The notes under the pieces were generated by a model. That model had not been told where the DNA came from, ran no database searches, and saw nothing but the letters and a program-made list of their open reading frames with translations. Below are positions 26,933 to 42,856 of a stretch of 64,000 nucleotides of DNA, in pieces. This stretch comes from Octopus vulgaris (taxonomy: Eukaryota). Location: contig OX597834.1 of assembly GCA_951406725.2 (NCBI GenBank), positions 40,176,001-40,240,000 on the forward strand. Reading direction: 5' to 3'. Both the position numbers and the translations under genes were made by a program. Every line of letters begins with the position of its first letter. Position 1 is the stretch's first letter.

Positions 26933-27898
26933 AATATATATATATATATATATACATATATATATACATATTAATACACATGTATGTGTATATGTACATA
27001 CACACAATACATTGATGTTCACATTATATATACATGTTTAAGTATGTATATACATGCACACAGACAATTATATACACATATGATTATATACCTACACATC
27101 TATGTGTATATATATATATATAACTACACGCATGCATAAAGAAATAATGATATACATATACACACACACACACACATAGGTATATGTGTGAGTATATGAC
27201 AAGGATATACACAAACATATATATATATACACACACAAAAATATATACGTACTTTGGACACAATGCATACATACATACACACACACACATCCCAATACAT
27301 ACTGGATAATGATGATGTAATCGCAGATCAGGTGCCTAAGGGGGACAAGGTGGTCATGTTTAGATTGTCTTTGATCAGGGCCAACATGGCTCTGAACTGC
27401 AGCAACAACATCAACAACACCACACGTACGTCAATCTAGTCATCTTTCTGTTTCCTGAAAGCATTGCATGCAGCCAGACATCTTCAATAGCAGCAGAGTG
27501 AATCATCAGATACACACACACACACACACATACACACACACATATATGTGATTGTGTGTGTGTGTGTTTATGAATTTTATGAATGTGTGTGAGACAATAT
27601 GTGTGTGTGTGTGTGTGAATGTGTGTGCATGTGAAAGTCTGTGAGGGGACAAGTGTGTGTGTGTTGTGTGAATGTGTGCGTGTGAATGGGTATCTAACAC
27701 TATGAGGGTATGTGCATGTGTGTGCTTGTGTGTGTATGACTGTGTGTGTGTGTGTGTGTGCATGACTGTGTGTGTTAATGAATTTTATGAATGTGTGTGA
27801 GACAATATATGTGTGTGTGTGTGAATGTGTGTGCATGTGAAAGTATGTGAGGGGACAAGTGTAAGAATATATGTGTGTGAATGTGTGTGCATGTGAAA

Positions 27899-27937
<39 letters not shown>

Positions 27938-28761
27938 TGCATGTATGAATGCATAAACCTATTGTACAGCTGTGTTGTGTGTATGTCTTTTTCTCTGTGT
28001 TCAGTTTATATACACAACAAGCACACATGCATGTGTGTGAGGTGTAGAGTGGAGAATGATTTACACACACACACACACACACACGATCATGTGTTGTTTT
28101 TGATGTTTAGCCCAAGGTCAGACCTCATCAAGCAGACACATGGTCAAAGCCATTTCATCCATGATCATACTCTCCTCAACTCAGGCACTGTAAATCTAGA
28201 ACTACATTTTCCAATGTCACCCCTCCTCATCGTGTTGGTAGGAGGTAAAATAATAGATAATTTGCTGCTGTTTCTAGCAGGTCAAATACTCTCATAAATG
28301 TTCCCTAATTGGGTCACCTGTATATAAATGGATGGTGAGTTATATTTCATACATTTATATGTGTTTATGTGTATGTGTGTGTGTGTGTGTCTTTTTTTTA
28401 TACTTGTTTCAGTCATTTGACTGTGGCCATTCTGGAGCACCACCTTTAGTACTTATTCTATCAGTCTCTTTTGCCGAACTTCTAAGTTACGGGGACATAA
28501 ACACACCAGCATCGGTTGTCAAGTGATGTTGGGGGAACAAACACAGACAAACAAACACACACACACACATATATATACATATATACGACAGGCTTCTTTC
28601 AGAAGAATCCAGGTGAGCAAACATGGAGGCAATTACGTGGATAAACAATTTAAATAAAACAGCTTGGATTTAATATACAATATATATATACATATATAAT
28701 ATATATATATATATATATTGCATCTCAAACCCAAGCTGTTTTATTCATTTATTTGCATAAT

Positions 28762-28794
<33 letters not shown>

Positions 28795-28980
28795 GTGTAT
28801 ATATGTGTATATATATATATGTATACATATGTGTGTGTGTATATATGTGTATGTATATATATATATACATACATACACACACACGTCTTCAATCTAATGT
28901 GCACACATACAGACACACCAGGTATACTGTAATAAAACAAAGAAACAGGTTATGTAAACACTAAAAAATTGATTGTGGAT

Positions 28981-29345
28981 TGAGCTGGCAGAATCATTAG
29001 CAAGCCGGCTGAAAAGGCTTTCTGGAATTTCATCCGTCCTTACATTCCGAGTTCAAATTCCACCAAGGTTAATTTCGTTATTCATCCTTTCAGGGGTCGA
29101 TAAATTAAGTACCAGTGAAACACTGGGGGTGATGTAATCGACTAGTCTACTCCCCTAAAATTTTCAGACCTTGTGCCTATGGTAGAAGGGATTATTATTA
29201 TTCGAATTCCGCCAAGGTCAACTTTGCTGTTCATCCTTTCAGGGTCGATAAATTAAGTCCAAGTGACACACTGGGGTCAATGTAATTGACTGGTTCCTTC
29301 CCCCAAAATCTTCAGGCTTTGTACTTTTAGTAGAAAGAATTATTA

Positions 29346-29392
<47 letters not shown>

Positions 29393-30405
29393 ATTTCAAG
29401 TTTGAAGTTCCTCTTCACAAAGGCAAAGAAACAATGAGAAGAGCACGGCTGTTATTGGTAATAAACAGAGATTGACCGTTAAAATGAAAATGCAACAAAT
29501 AATCTTTTACTCTTTTACTTGTTTCAGCCATTTGACTGTGGCCATGCTGGAGCACCGCCTTATTTAGTCAAGCAAATCAATCCTAGGACTTACTCTTTGG
29601 AAGCCTAGTACTTATTCTATCGGTCTCTTTTGCCGAACCACTAAGTTACAGGGACGTAAAGACACCAGCATCAGTTGTCAAGTGACGTTGGGAGGACAAA
29701 CACAAACACACAAACATATACACACATGTAACGAAATTTGAAACCATTATAGTTGTTACTGATATCAATGATATGATGATGATGATGATAATTATTTCTA
29801 TTACAGGCGCAAAAGCAGCAATTTTAGAGGGAGTTGATTACAGTGACTCCAGTGTTTTTACTGGTACTTAATTTAATTTCTCTGAAAGTTGACCTCGGAG
29901 GAATTTGAACTCAGAACTTAAAGACAGATAAAATACCACTAAGCTTTTCATCCAGTGTGTTGACGATTCAGCTAGCTTACCACCTTAATAATGATGATAA
30001 TAATCCTTTCTACAATAGGCTCAAATCCTGAAATTATAGGGTGGGGGGCGATTAGTCAAATACAATCTACTGCAGTGTTTCGCTGGTATTTAATTTATCG
30101 ACCCCAAAAGGATGAAAGGCAAAGTTGAGCTCAGCAGAATTTGAACTCAGAATGTAGCGACAGATGAAATACCTATTTCTTTACTATCCACAAGGGGCTA
30201 AACACAGAGAGGACAAACAAGGACAGACAAACGGATTAAGTCGATTATATCGACCCCAGTGCGTAACTGATACTTATTTAATCGACCCCGATAAGATGAA
30301 AGGCAAAGTTGATCTCGGCAGAATTTGAACTCAGAACGTAGCGGCAGACGAAATACCGCTAAGCATTTTGCTCGGCGTGCTAACGTTTCTGCCTGCTCAC
30401 CACCT
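28981..30405. mobile_element. SINE-B cluster: two plus-strand copies (28981-29345) and three minus-strand copies (29795-30405)
   Basis: Same family sequence in opposite orientations. Confidence 0.82.
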
Positions 30406-30411
30406 TAACTC

Positions 30412-30444
<33 letters not shown>

Positions 30445-31350
30445 TAATAATAATAATTTAATATTCTAATTTAACTTTAAAAAAAAAAAAAAAAATGAAC
30501 GAACGAGTGAGCTTAGTTTAATGGCCTACCAATGTATACTATGAGTTTCTTTGCCCTAGGAGTCGGGAAGACACTCGGCAAGAAATGGAAGCAAATTTGA
30601 AAGAAGAAGAAAAAAAGTTAACAACAACAATAATAATAATAATAATAATAATGATAATAATGATAATAATGATAATAATTGCTCCATCGACCACAAGAAA
30701 ATTTGTGTATATGTTGTATGAACACATTTGCGTGCGTGCGTGTGTGTGCGCGCGCGTGCATGTTTGTGTACAAACATCAATAAATCTAGCTGAAAACAAA
30801 CCCAAGCTGTTCTAATTATCTGATCTGACATATCCTAACAACGACGGGGAAAGAGGGGACACACGGACACACACACACACATACAAACAAACAGCTTAGA
30901 TTGATCCTGCAACTTGCTATAAACAGGGCACAGCTATTGATGCTAAGAGAAACATTAAATGGGAACATGGAAGAGCAAAGACAACCGTTTCCTACTTCCA
31001 CCACCACCGCTACCGATTCCATCGCCACCACCACAACCACCACCGCCACTACTACCATTAACCACCACCGTTACCACAATGTTACTGTGACCCAACTAAA
31101 AATAGAATAACATGCTACTACTACCAATACACTACTACTACTACTACTACTACATCCAATAAATTTTCAGAAAAGCTCAATATGCTCTACATAACTGGTA
31201 TATATATTTATATATGTCAACACATGTGGTATACATGTGAATGTAAACAGCTGTTATATAGGCTAATATATGGTATACATGTGAAGACTACATTTGATAT
31301 ACAAATTCAATGTTGGATTTGATAAAAATATCAAAAATGCTTCTACCATT

Positions 31351-31594
31351 CTATATTTAAGAGATGAGGAATTATTTACATTATTTACATTATTTACATT
31401 TGATGGATATTTGTCCTCATCTTGTTTGTTGTTAACACAACGTTTTGGCTGATATACTCTCCAGCCTTCATCAGGTGTCTTGGGGAAATTTCGAACCTGG
31501 GTTCTCATTCTTCAGGTATTTGTCGATGTTGTTGTTATTATTATTATTATTATTATTATTCAGGTCACTGCCTGGAATCGAACTCGGAATCTTG
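31351..31594 (-). mobile_element. 5'-truncated SINE family F copy, inverted relative to 31638-31890
   Basis: Reverse complement matches the neighbour from caagatt onward; hammerhead-like motif at 31434-31479 with perfect stems I and II but GAAA changed to AAAA. Confidence 0.7.
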
Positions 31595-31637
31595 TTGACA
31601 AAGTGCTTGTCAGATGTAGCGTTGAAGTGCCTGCCAC

Positions 31638-31890
31638 GAGCATATGGCATAGTGGTTAAGAGCGTGGGCTACTAACCCCAAGATTCTGAGTTCAATTCCA
31701 GGCAGTGACCTGAATAATAATAATAAAATCGAAAAATACCTTAGGAATGAGAACCCAGGTTAGAAATTTCCCCAAGACACCTGATGAAGGCTGGAGGGTA
31801 TATCAACCAAAATGTTGCGTTAACAACAAACAAGATGAGGACAAATATCCGTTGATTGTAAATAAAGTAAATAAATACTTCTCATATACA
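31638..31890 (+). mobile_element. tRNA-derived SINE (family F) carrying a degenerate hammerhead motif
   Basis: A box TGGCATAGTGG, B box GAGTTCAATTCC, short (AAT)n, then GACAC CTGATGA A GGCTG..CAACC AAAA TGTT GCGTT at 31776-31821. Confidence 0.7.
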
Positions 31891-31904
31891 GTTCAACACT
31901 AAAC

Positions 31905-32145
31905 CAGATGTACAGGTTGATGCTATGTCTGACAGAGATGTCAATGCTACATCTGGCAAGCACGTCAACACTATGTCCAGCAGGTACGTCAACACTACAT
32001 CTGACAGGCACGTTGTCAACAGATACGTCATCCACAATAGATCTGACAGATATGTCATCAACAGTAAATCCAAAAAATCCGTTGTCAACGGTACACTTGA
32101 CGGATATGTCAACATCACATCTATATACATGTCAAACACTACACC
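31905..32145. repeat. Degenerate 24-bp minisatellite
   Basis: Unit like acgtcaacactacatctgacaggc. Confidence 0.7.
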
Positions 32146-32219
32146 TACTACCACTACTTACCACAGAGAACTTTGACCTCAACAATGTTCAATTTGAAAC
32201 AATAATAACCACCTGTCAA

Positions 32220-32255
<36 letters not shown>

Positions 32256-34012
32256 ACGTCTGTGGAACCAGTTGGCGTGGTTGTTAGAAGAGCAGACAAA
32301 ATGCTCTGAGGTATTTCTTTGAGCTTCAGTTCAAACCTTACCTAGCCTTTCTATCCTGGCCTTCACCCATCCAGGGTCAAAATATTAATTTATCAGACAA
32401 GATTCTTTGCGGTCTTCTTCCCAACTACATGGATTCTGAGTTCAGTCCCACCACATGGCACCTTGGGCGAGTGTCTTCTACTCTAGCCTTGAGCCGACCA
32501 AAGACTTGAAAGAGGATTTAAAAAATGGAAACTGAAAGAAGCCCATCATGTATGTGTGTGTGTGTGTGTCTTTCTGTGTTTACATGTGTATTAGTGTCAG
32601 TGTTTGTCCCCCTCCGCCACTTGACAACTTCTGTTGGTTGGTTTACATCCCCATAACATAGCAACTTAAAACAGAGACATATTTTCATGTGTGTGTACAT
32701 TTGTACATATATATATATATATAGGGGGCACATAAAAACCAGCATTTGAGCAGGGGGCCATTGCCAGTATCTCCTGACTGGCCCTCGTACCAGTGTCACG
32801 TAAAAGCACCCACTACATTCTCAGAGTGGTTGGCCTTAGGAAGGGCATCAAGCTGTAGAAACTCTGCCAGATCAGATTGGAGCCTGGTGCAGCCATCTGG
32901 TTCGCCAGTCCTCAGTCAAATCGTCCAACCCATGCCAGCATGGAAAGCGGACGTTAAACAATGATGATGATGATATATATATGTGTGTATATTTCTTAAT
33001 ATAAACATTAAACTAGAACATCAAATATAGAGAAACTGCTGGGCTAAGGCCAAAAAACAAAGACAAAAAACACTTAACTGTTTTATACAAATAATAACGA
33101 TAATGATAATGATGAAAGGTATGTTTATACAGTAATAGAAATCATAATAAAATGAGAAGGAAAACACACAACTTCCTGCGAGATTTAGTAACAATTTTCC
33201 GGGTATGAAGGTTAATCGTGTACGAGAAGGTTGAATAAGGATGGTTTCTCTGAATTATATTGTCTTTCAGGTTGTTGGTAAGATTTGGAGAGAGTATACA
33301 TGTGCATGTATGTGTGTGTGCATATATATATATATATATGTATATTGTACTTGTGATACCTGTGCCAGTGGCATGTAAAAAGTACCATCCAAACGTGGCC
33401 GATGCCAGCACCCCCTTGACTGGCTTCCGTGCCGGTGGCACGTAAAAAGCACCTACCGATCATGGCTGTTCGCCAGCCTCGCCTGGCACGTAAAAAGCAC
33501 CCACTACATTCTCAGAGTTGTTGGCATTAGGAAGGGCATCCAGCTGTAAAAACTCTACCAGATCAGACTGGAGCCTCTTTTGCCAGACCTCAGTCAAATC
33601 GTCCAACCCATGCTAGCATGGAAAGCAGACGTTAAATGATGATGATACATATATTTATATATATATATGTGTGTGTGTTTGTGTCTGTCTTTGTCCCTGC
33701 CACCATTGCTTGACAACCAATGTTGGTGTGTTTACATCCCTTGTAACTTACCAGTTCGGCAATAAGAGACTGATAAAAAATAGTGCTAGGCTTACAAAGA
33801 ATAAGTCCTGGAGGCCGATTTGTTCAACGAAAGGTGGTGCTCCAGCATGGTGACAGTCAAATATGACCGAAACAAATAAACGAATAAAAGAAAAGACTGA
33901 AAGAATTATTATATTCGTTATCTTTATTCATATTTTTATTTTTATTTTTATTCATATTTTTATTTTTATTCATATTTTAGGCCTGCTCTGCATATCTCCC
34001 ATTGATGCAGTT

Positions 34013-34056
<44 letters not shown>

Positions 34057-35241
34057 GCATACACAGAGTAGAAAAGGGAGTACAAAACCAAACACACAAA
34101 GGGGATTTTAAAGTTGCCCTGTCATGTACAGGGTTCAAATCACATAAGCATCAGCTGTATTATTTCTTCTCTGTGGGGTCAATAAATCAAACAGCAGTGT
34201 CAGTTAAAAGGATTAAGTCGACCTTCACCTCTGAAAGTCAGGCCCCGCACCTAAGGCATACATCAATAAATGTTACAGAGGTGTGTGTGGTTGGAAGCCT
34301 CCCTGTGATCAATATATGAAAATGTGATCGATATATTGGGATGTGATCAATAGCCGGATACTGTTGATGTTCTATTGAGACTGTACACACCATTTAATTT
34401 ATTGATGTAACGGGGTTTTTTTTTGTTAATATATGATAATTTATGCGCATACATTATATGCACACAACAAACACCAATATGGATGTATGTGTGTTGTGTG
34501 TGTGTGTGAGTGTTTATATCTATATACATATATGTCTTCTGTTACATTTCATTTGCTTCAGTCATTCAATTGTGGCCATGCTGGGGCACCATTTTGAAGG
34601 GTTTAGTCAAACGAATCAAACCTAGTGGTTATTTTTGTTTTTTAAGTCTAATTCTTCCAGAGACTGATGGAATAATTACAAAACATTTAATGATATTGAT
34701 CCACAAAGCATTGGTTGGCCCCAGGGCTACAGCAGAAGACATTTGCCCAAAGTTGCTAGTGTGACTTAACTTGAGACCACACACACACACACAGTAAAGG
34801 TGGGAGATTCTTTGAGCTAAGAATAATGGATCTGCTAATGAGAAGGCAGAAGATACTGGAATGAAACGGTAATTATATGATTGATAGAATTAATTACTTT
34901 GTGATTAAAACTGGTGTTTTCTGCTTAAAAAAGCCAGACTTTTTGACCAACCCATATATATACATCATCATCATCATCGTTTAACGTCCGTTCTCCATGC
35001 TAGCATGGGTTGGACGGTTCGACCGGGGTTCTGGGAAGCCAGAAGGCTGCACCAGGCTCCAGTCTAATCTGGCAATGTTTCTACAGCTTGATGCCCTTCC
35101 TAACGCCAACCACTCCGTGAGTGTAGTGGATGCTTTTTACGTGCCACCTGCACAGGTGCCAGGCGGGGCTGGCAACGGCCACGGTCAGATTGGTGTATTT
35201 TATGTGCCACCGGCACGGAAGCCAGTTGAGGCGGTGCTGGC

Positions 35242-36992
<1,751 letters not shown>

Positions 36993-36996
36993 CAGA

Positions 36997-37208
36997 TAAT
37001 GGGGTGTTGAAAAGGTCCTGGCTTTAGGGGTATCGTGAAAGGCTTGGTTGGAGAGCCAACCTTCTGAGTTCTTTTACAGGGTTACAAAAACTGGAGGATC
37101 GCTACAATATGTGTGAGAATCTGTGAGAGGAATATGTTGAATACAATCGTAATTGATCCTCCTGTATTTTCTTTTACTCAAAGCCAGGAAATTTTCAGCA
37201 CACCCTCA
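36997..37208 (+). mobile_element. Mariner-derived MITE (partial second copy at about 15085-15192)
   Basis: Imperfect TIRs ggggtgttgaaaaggtcctggcttt / aaagccaggaaattttcagcacaccc; interior resembles a mariner transposase C-terminus (..KLEDR..EYVE). Confidence 0.65.
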
Positions 37209-37228
37209 TGTGTGTGTGTGTGTGTATG

Positions 37229-37260
<32 letters not shown>

Positions 37261-37529
37261 CCAAATATATACGTTTTATTTATTATTTTGCATGTTTGCA
37301 CATTACTTAATCATCATTATATTTTTTATCTTATATTTAATTTTTCTATAATATGTAATTTTCTAGATGGTGTAATTTAATTTTTCATTATTGAATTGAT
37401 AAAAGGTGGTTTTTTTCTAATTTATATATAAATATTATATTCTGTGAAATTTGATTTAGTATTTCTAAATTGAATTTTTCCCTGTAAGTTTGGAATAATA
37501 TTCCTTCATATTATTATTATTATATTTTT

Positions 37530-37912
37530 GGAAGCACTCCGTCGGTTACGACGACGAGGGTTCCGGTTGATCCGATCAACGAAACAGCCTGCTCGTGAAA
37601 TTAACGTGTAAGTGGCTGAGCACTCCACAGACACGTGTACCCTTAACGTAGTTCTCGGGGATATTCAGCGTGACACAGAGAGTGACAAGGCCGGCCCTTT
37701 GAAATACAGGTACAACAGAAACAGGAAGTAAGAGTGAGAGAAAGTTGTGGTGAAAGAGTACAGCAGGGATCACCACCATCCCCTGCCGGAGCCTCGTGGA
37801 GCTTTTAGGTGTTTTCGCTCAATAAACACTCACAACGCCCAGTCTGGGAATCGAAACCGCGATCCTACGACCGCGAGTCCGCTGCCCTAACCACTGGGCC
37901 ATTGCGCCTCCA
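37530..37912 (-). mobile_element. tRNA-derived SINE family D, full length; same head with a different tail at about 15565-15872; tail only at about 9537-9720
   Basis: Minus strand ggaggcgcaaTGGCCCAGTGGttagg..ggtttcgattccc (A and B boxes). Confidence 0.85.
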
Positions 37913-38171
37913 CTATTATAATATATATATATGTATATACATATATACATACATACATACATATATATATATATAAAACGAAGACAGGAATAATCCCATA
38001 AACTCCAGTCTTTGTACATATTTACTCAGCAGCTAAGATACTTGACCAGGGCTTTCGATCCAATTTTTATGCATGATTTTTTCTCTTTGAAGTAAACCAT
38101 CTGCAAACAAACAAGTGACAGCTGTAATATGCAAATGTGCTTTACGAGGACAAAGCTTAGATTATAATCTC

Positions 38172-38206
<35 letters not shown>

Positions 38207-38660
38207 ACTTGTTTCAGTCATTTGACTGCAGCCATGTTGGAGTACTGACTTGAAGAGTTTTAGTCGGAGAAGTCAACTTCAGGGATTGTAAACACATCGA
38301 CACGGGTTGTATTTGGAAAAGCTTGGAAACCCTCTAAATAACTCCTGTGGTTTCTACATGGGGCAAGGCATCTTCAATGTTTATTTCCCTCACACACACA
38401 CACATATATATATATAATGACCTTGAACCCACAAGAGTAAACAAGGGAGACAGAGACAGGCAGAAACAAGGAAAATGCCCCTTGTATTTGAACACTATGC
38501 AAATATTCTTTTAAAAATACTTTTCTTTTAATTTTTCCAAAATTTAATTGTTTTCCATTCTTACAGTTGAAAAAGTCTCAATGACTGAAACTGGTACTGA
38601 AATGTTTTTTATAAAATTATTTTAGCATTTTCTAGCTTGACTTTTTTTTCCATGCATATA

Positions 38661-39045
38661 TCTCTCTATATATAAACGGCAGTTTGTCTGTGCGTGTTTC
38701 TGTGTGTCTGTTTTCTCGTACCCTCACCCTGACCACGGCTTTCAACCGATTCTGATGAAACTTGACACACGCATAGCCCAATGTCATAATTCAAAACTAA
38801 CGCAGCGAAAATTTTGAAAAGTTCCCCCAGTTCTGAAAAAAATCGATAAATTCGACATGGGGTCGAGAATCAGAAACCCAAACCACAGACCGTCTAGGGG
38901 ACGCAACTCCACCTTTTTTAACTCTCAAAAAAAATTTACCATAATTTTTTCCCCATTTTTTTGCTATTTTTTGGCTATAACTCTCTAAAAATGCTTTATA
39001 GTTATTTCCCTTACAAACCTGAGCAACGCCGGGCGATACTGCTAG
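38661..39045 (+). mobile_element. Non-autonomous Helitron
   Basis: Starts TC after A, ends CTAG before T; subterminal hairpin cctgagcaacgccggg just upstream of the end; no TSD. Confidence 0.8.
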
Positions 39046-39819
39046 TATATATATAAAGGAGGTATTGGTATCCAGAAGAACCAAGATGGTAGGTAAGTCT
39101 ATGCAATTGCTATGGGAAAATTGTAGTTAGACTCTCGGTTTGATTATAATATGAGTGAGGAGTTTAATACGGGTCTTGCGAGAGCATGCGTATGTTAAAT
39201 AAAAAGAGACAATAAAGCTGAGGTTGTGTGGAATTATAGGACATTTATAAAGAGAAAGGTCACCTTACAGCTGTTTCTGAGATTTTAGGGATATCCTGTA
39301 ATCAGAGATGATATGAGAGATTTAACTAATACATATATATCAATCATCATCAATGTCCATTTTCCATGTTGGAACGTGTTGGACAGCTTGACAGGAACTG
39401 GCAAGCCTGGGAGCTGCACAAGGTTCCATGGCTCCTGTTATCATAGTTTCTACTGCTGGATGCCCTTCCTAATGCTAACTACTTTATAGAATGTAGTGGG
39501 TATTTTCTGAGGCACCAGCACCATATCTACCGCAGGCAGGCAGGCAGATAGATAGATAGATAGATACATACATACATACATACATACACACACAAAAGCA
39601 TGTGTACATATACAGAGACATACAATTTCAATTCTTTTTATTAGATTTTGATTGGCAATAACACTGAAACCACGATTTGATAGTGATGAGCGTTGATAAG
39701 GATGTTCATAGTGATGACGGCAACTATGACGATGACTCTATCTAATGACGATAATATACGATAGCGACAATGATAAGGGAAATACAGACAAATTCTTTTA
39801 CCACTCTACTACAATTTCA

Positions 39820-39885
<66 letters not shown>

Positions 39886-40048
39886 ACAAATGATGATGAA
39901 GATGATAGTATGGTGATATAAGTTTTATATAAAAAGATATTACAAAAATATAATCCCCTGAAGTAGTTTCCAATTGAATTATGCTTCTAGGGAACCTTTT
40001 CAATTTTTGGTTAATTTTTTTTCTTTTTTTTTGAGATTGTTTTATTGA

Positions 40049-40095
<47 letters not shown>

Positions 40096-40145
40096 AAAAA
40101 CATGTTATGATCTGTATCTAGGTATGAAGAGATATCTATATCTAT

Positions 40146-40176
<31 letters not shown>

Positions 40177-40459
40177 TATGTACACACATATGTATATACA
40201 ATACACACAAATTGACACAAACACACACACAAATGTACATTCATACTATTACACATATATATACACGTTTTGTGTGTGTATGTGCATAGACATTGTATAA
40301 TTCAAAACTGACAATATCAATGATAACCAACCCATACATATATATATATATTTGTTTTTTACATACATATTTATGATTAAGTATTGTATAATTTACAAAT
40401 CACAACATCAAACCACTATGCACTTTCATATATGTTTGTGTGTATGTGTGTGTATAAGG

Positions 40460-40498
<39 letters not shown>

Positions 40499-40557
40499 GT
40501 ATGTATGTATGTATATATATATGTGTGTATGCGTGAATATGTATATATGTGTGTGTA

Positions 40558-40595
<38 letters not shown>

Positions 40596-41489
40596 TAAAT
40601 ATATGTATGAATGCATGAATATATATATATATATATATGTGTGTGTGTTGTGTAACTCACAAATCACGATATCAAACCATTATATTCTCCATAGAACTGG
40701 CAATTCCTTTTCAAGTCTCTATACATATTATATGCTTTCACACATTATTACTAAATGCTTCCAATACATCACACATAACTTTACATCATACAGCTTCCCA
40801 TCACAACCCTTAGCCCCACCCCACACACACACACACCATTCTAACCCAGGGTCTAATATATCTTGTCTCCAAGGCAGCGAGCTGGCGGAAATGTTATCAC
40901 ACCGGGCAAAATGCTTAGCGATATTTCATCTGTCTTTATGTTCTGAGTTCAAATTCTACTGAGGTCAACTTTTCCTTTCATCCTTTCAGGGTCGATAAAT
41001 TAAGTACCAGTTGCATACTGGGGCCAATCTAGTCAACTGGCCCCTCCCCAAAAATTTTGGGCCTTGTGCCTAGAGTACAAAAAAATATATCTTGTCTCCT
41101 GTATTTTACTTGTTTCAGCCATTGGTCTGTGGCCATGCTGGAGCACCACTTTGAATGGGTTTTAGTTGAGCAAATCAACCCTAGTACTGATTCTTTTTTA
41201 CATGTCTGAAGCTTATTTTATCAGTGTTCTTTGCCAAACTGCTAGGTTACAGAGATATAAACAAACAAACACCAGTTGTCAAATGATGAGGTGGAACAAA
41301 CACAAGTGACTTTTATTCATTTACGCAGAGGGGCTTCTTTTTAGCCCATTATTTATAGCTTTATCTGTTTCCAGTTTCCCCATTCCAAGAAAGAATTATT
41401 GCACATTCGCTCAAAGCTTATAAAAATTCTTATGACGTCATGTACTGGGGTCAATGTAACTGAATAACCTCCCAAATTTTAGGCTTTGT

Positions 41490-42020
41490 GTCTATAGTGA
41501 AGATTGCCCTGCCACCCTCCTTCGGCCGGGAGGGGCAGGCAATTTTTATTTGGCTAGTGGCTGTAGCGAAAGGGATAGTATGGTGGACTTGTCTGAAAGG
41601 GCTAAAGTCAGACACTTTCCTCTTTGGCCAAACCCTCATCAACTTCTTCAAGTTTCACTTTAAGAGGAAATTGGGGGTGGGATGGAGAGTGTAGCCTTGT
41701 AGCAAGTTTGTTGAAAGGTGGGTGAATGTTGGAAGAATGGCCAGTGTGAAAGGACCAATTCTGAGTGTACACCTGTGAAGAAATAAAAGGAGAAGGGCTC
41801 CTGCCCTGTTGATCAGGCACCCATGGCTTTTGTGGGGTTTTCCACAAGGACCTTTAAAGCGTCTCCCCACCTATTGGGAGATTCATGTTGTTTAATTTTT
41901 GTATTGTTTTCAAATGTTTACACGTGGTAAAACCCTTTGTCTCATCTTGTGTTGTCTTTTATGCTGTGTCACATCATTTTATGTTGTTTTATGTAAGCCC
42001 TTGTGGCTAATAAAAGAAAT
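41490..42020 (+). mobile_element. Tx1/L1-like LINE 3' fragment (ORF2 C-terminus and 3' UTR)
   Basis: IFIWLVAVAKGIVWWT..QTLINFFKFHFKRKL..FVERW resembles L1/Tx1 ORF2 C-termini; T-rich UTR ending gcccttgtggctaataaaagaaat then (ATT)n; clade assignment is inference. Confidence 0.55.
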
Positions 42021-42204
42021 AATTATTATCATTATTCAGAGAGTTTTTATTTGTCGTCAAGACAGCATCTATGCAAGTTTATATTTCAACACAAATATAC
42101 GGTCATTGATTTAAGGTAACTGACCGACAGCAGTGCGATGGTAACATATGGCATTACACAATGTATGTAATTGCTCCTCTTTATTAGTATGTGGGCGTCA
42201 CATG

Positions 42205-42254
<50 letters not shown>

Positions 42255-42856
42255 CATGTATATACACATTTGTACAATGCACTGCATGGTGAGACCCAGA
42301 CCCAAACCAACCCACAAATTTGAGAAGCAAGCTTCTGAACTGCCCAGCTGTCTGCACCAAACATGTATCTAATTCAGGCACTTGTAAAGTCCGCCAAATA
42401 CATTTATTGTCCGTGGCTATATAAGGAAATTATTTGCTAGTTATAACAGAGTATGGTGCTAACCTAGCATGAAAATTTCTGAAGTATTGTCTGGTTATGT
42501 AATGGCACAATTATATTTATGGGTGTCCATGTATAAGTTTCATATGTATATTCACTTCTATATGTGTGACAGATGATGTAGTATCACTTATGTAACTAAC
42601 ACAGCTATCAACTAACGAAACAGCTGTCAACTAATGGATTAAACACCTTTCTCTTCACTTCTGTTATCTGGTCAGTTATACATGTAATCATTATATACAA
42701 TTTATATATAGGCACTATTTATAATTTTCCAAAAACTTTAATAAAATAACTATTTGATATGTTTTTTGTTGTGGCTTTTGCTTACGGTAAATGTTGCATT
42801 GTGACCTTATTCCTATATTCCTTCTTATTGATGAACATATTAGGTTTTATCAAATA

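Noticed and set aside
31638-31712. Genuine tRNA gene (also the heads near 22667, 37840-37912 and 60760-60833)
   Set aside because: A and B boxes present but acceptor stems do not pair and each continues into a repeat body; SINE heads
31882-32309. Overlapping ORFs with 8-aa periodicity
   Set aside because: Explained by a 24-bp minisatellite open in several frames
38055-38100. Minus-strand exon candidate GLLQREKIMHKNWIESP with plausible Trp spacing for the RasGAP upstream exon
   Set aside because: Good acceptor but the required phase-1 donor (gtcaag) is poor and the frame stops soon after
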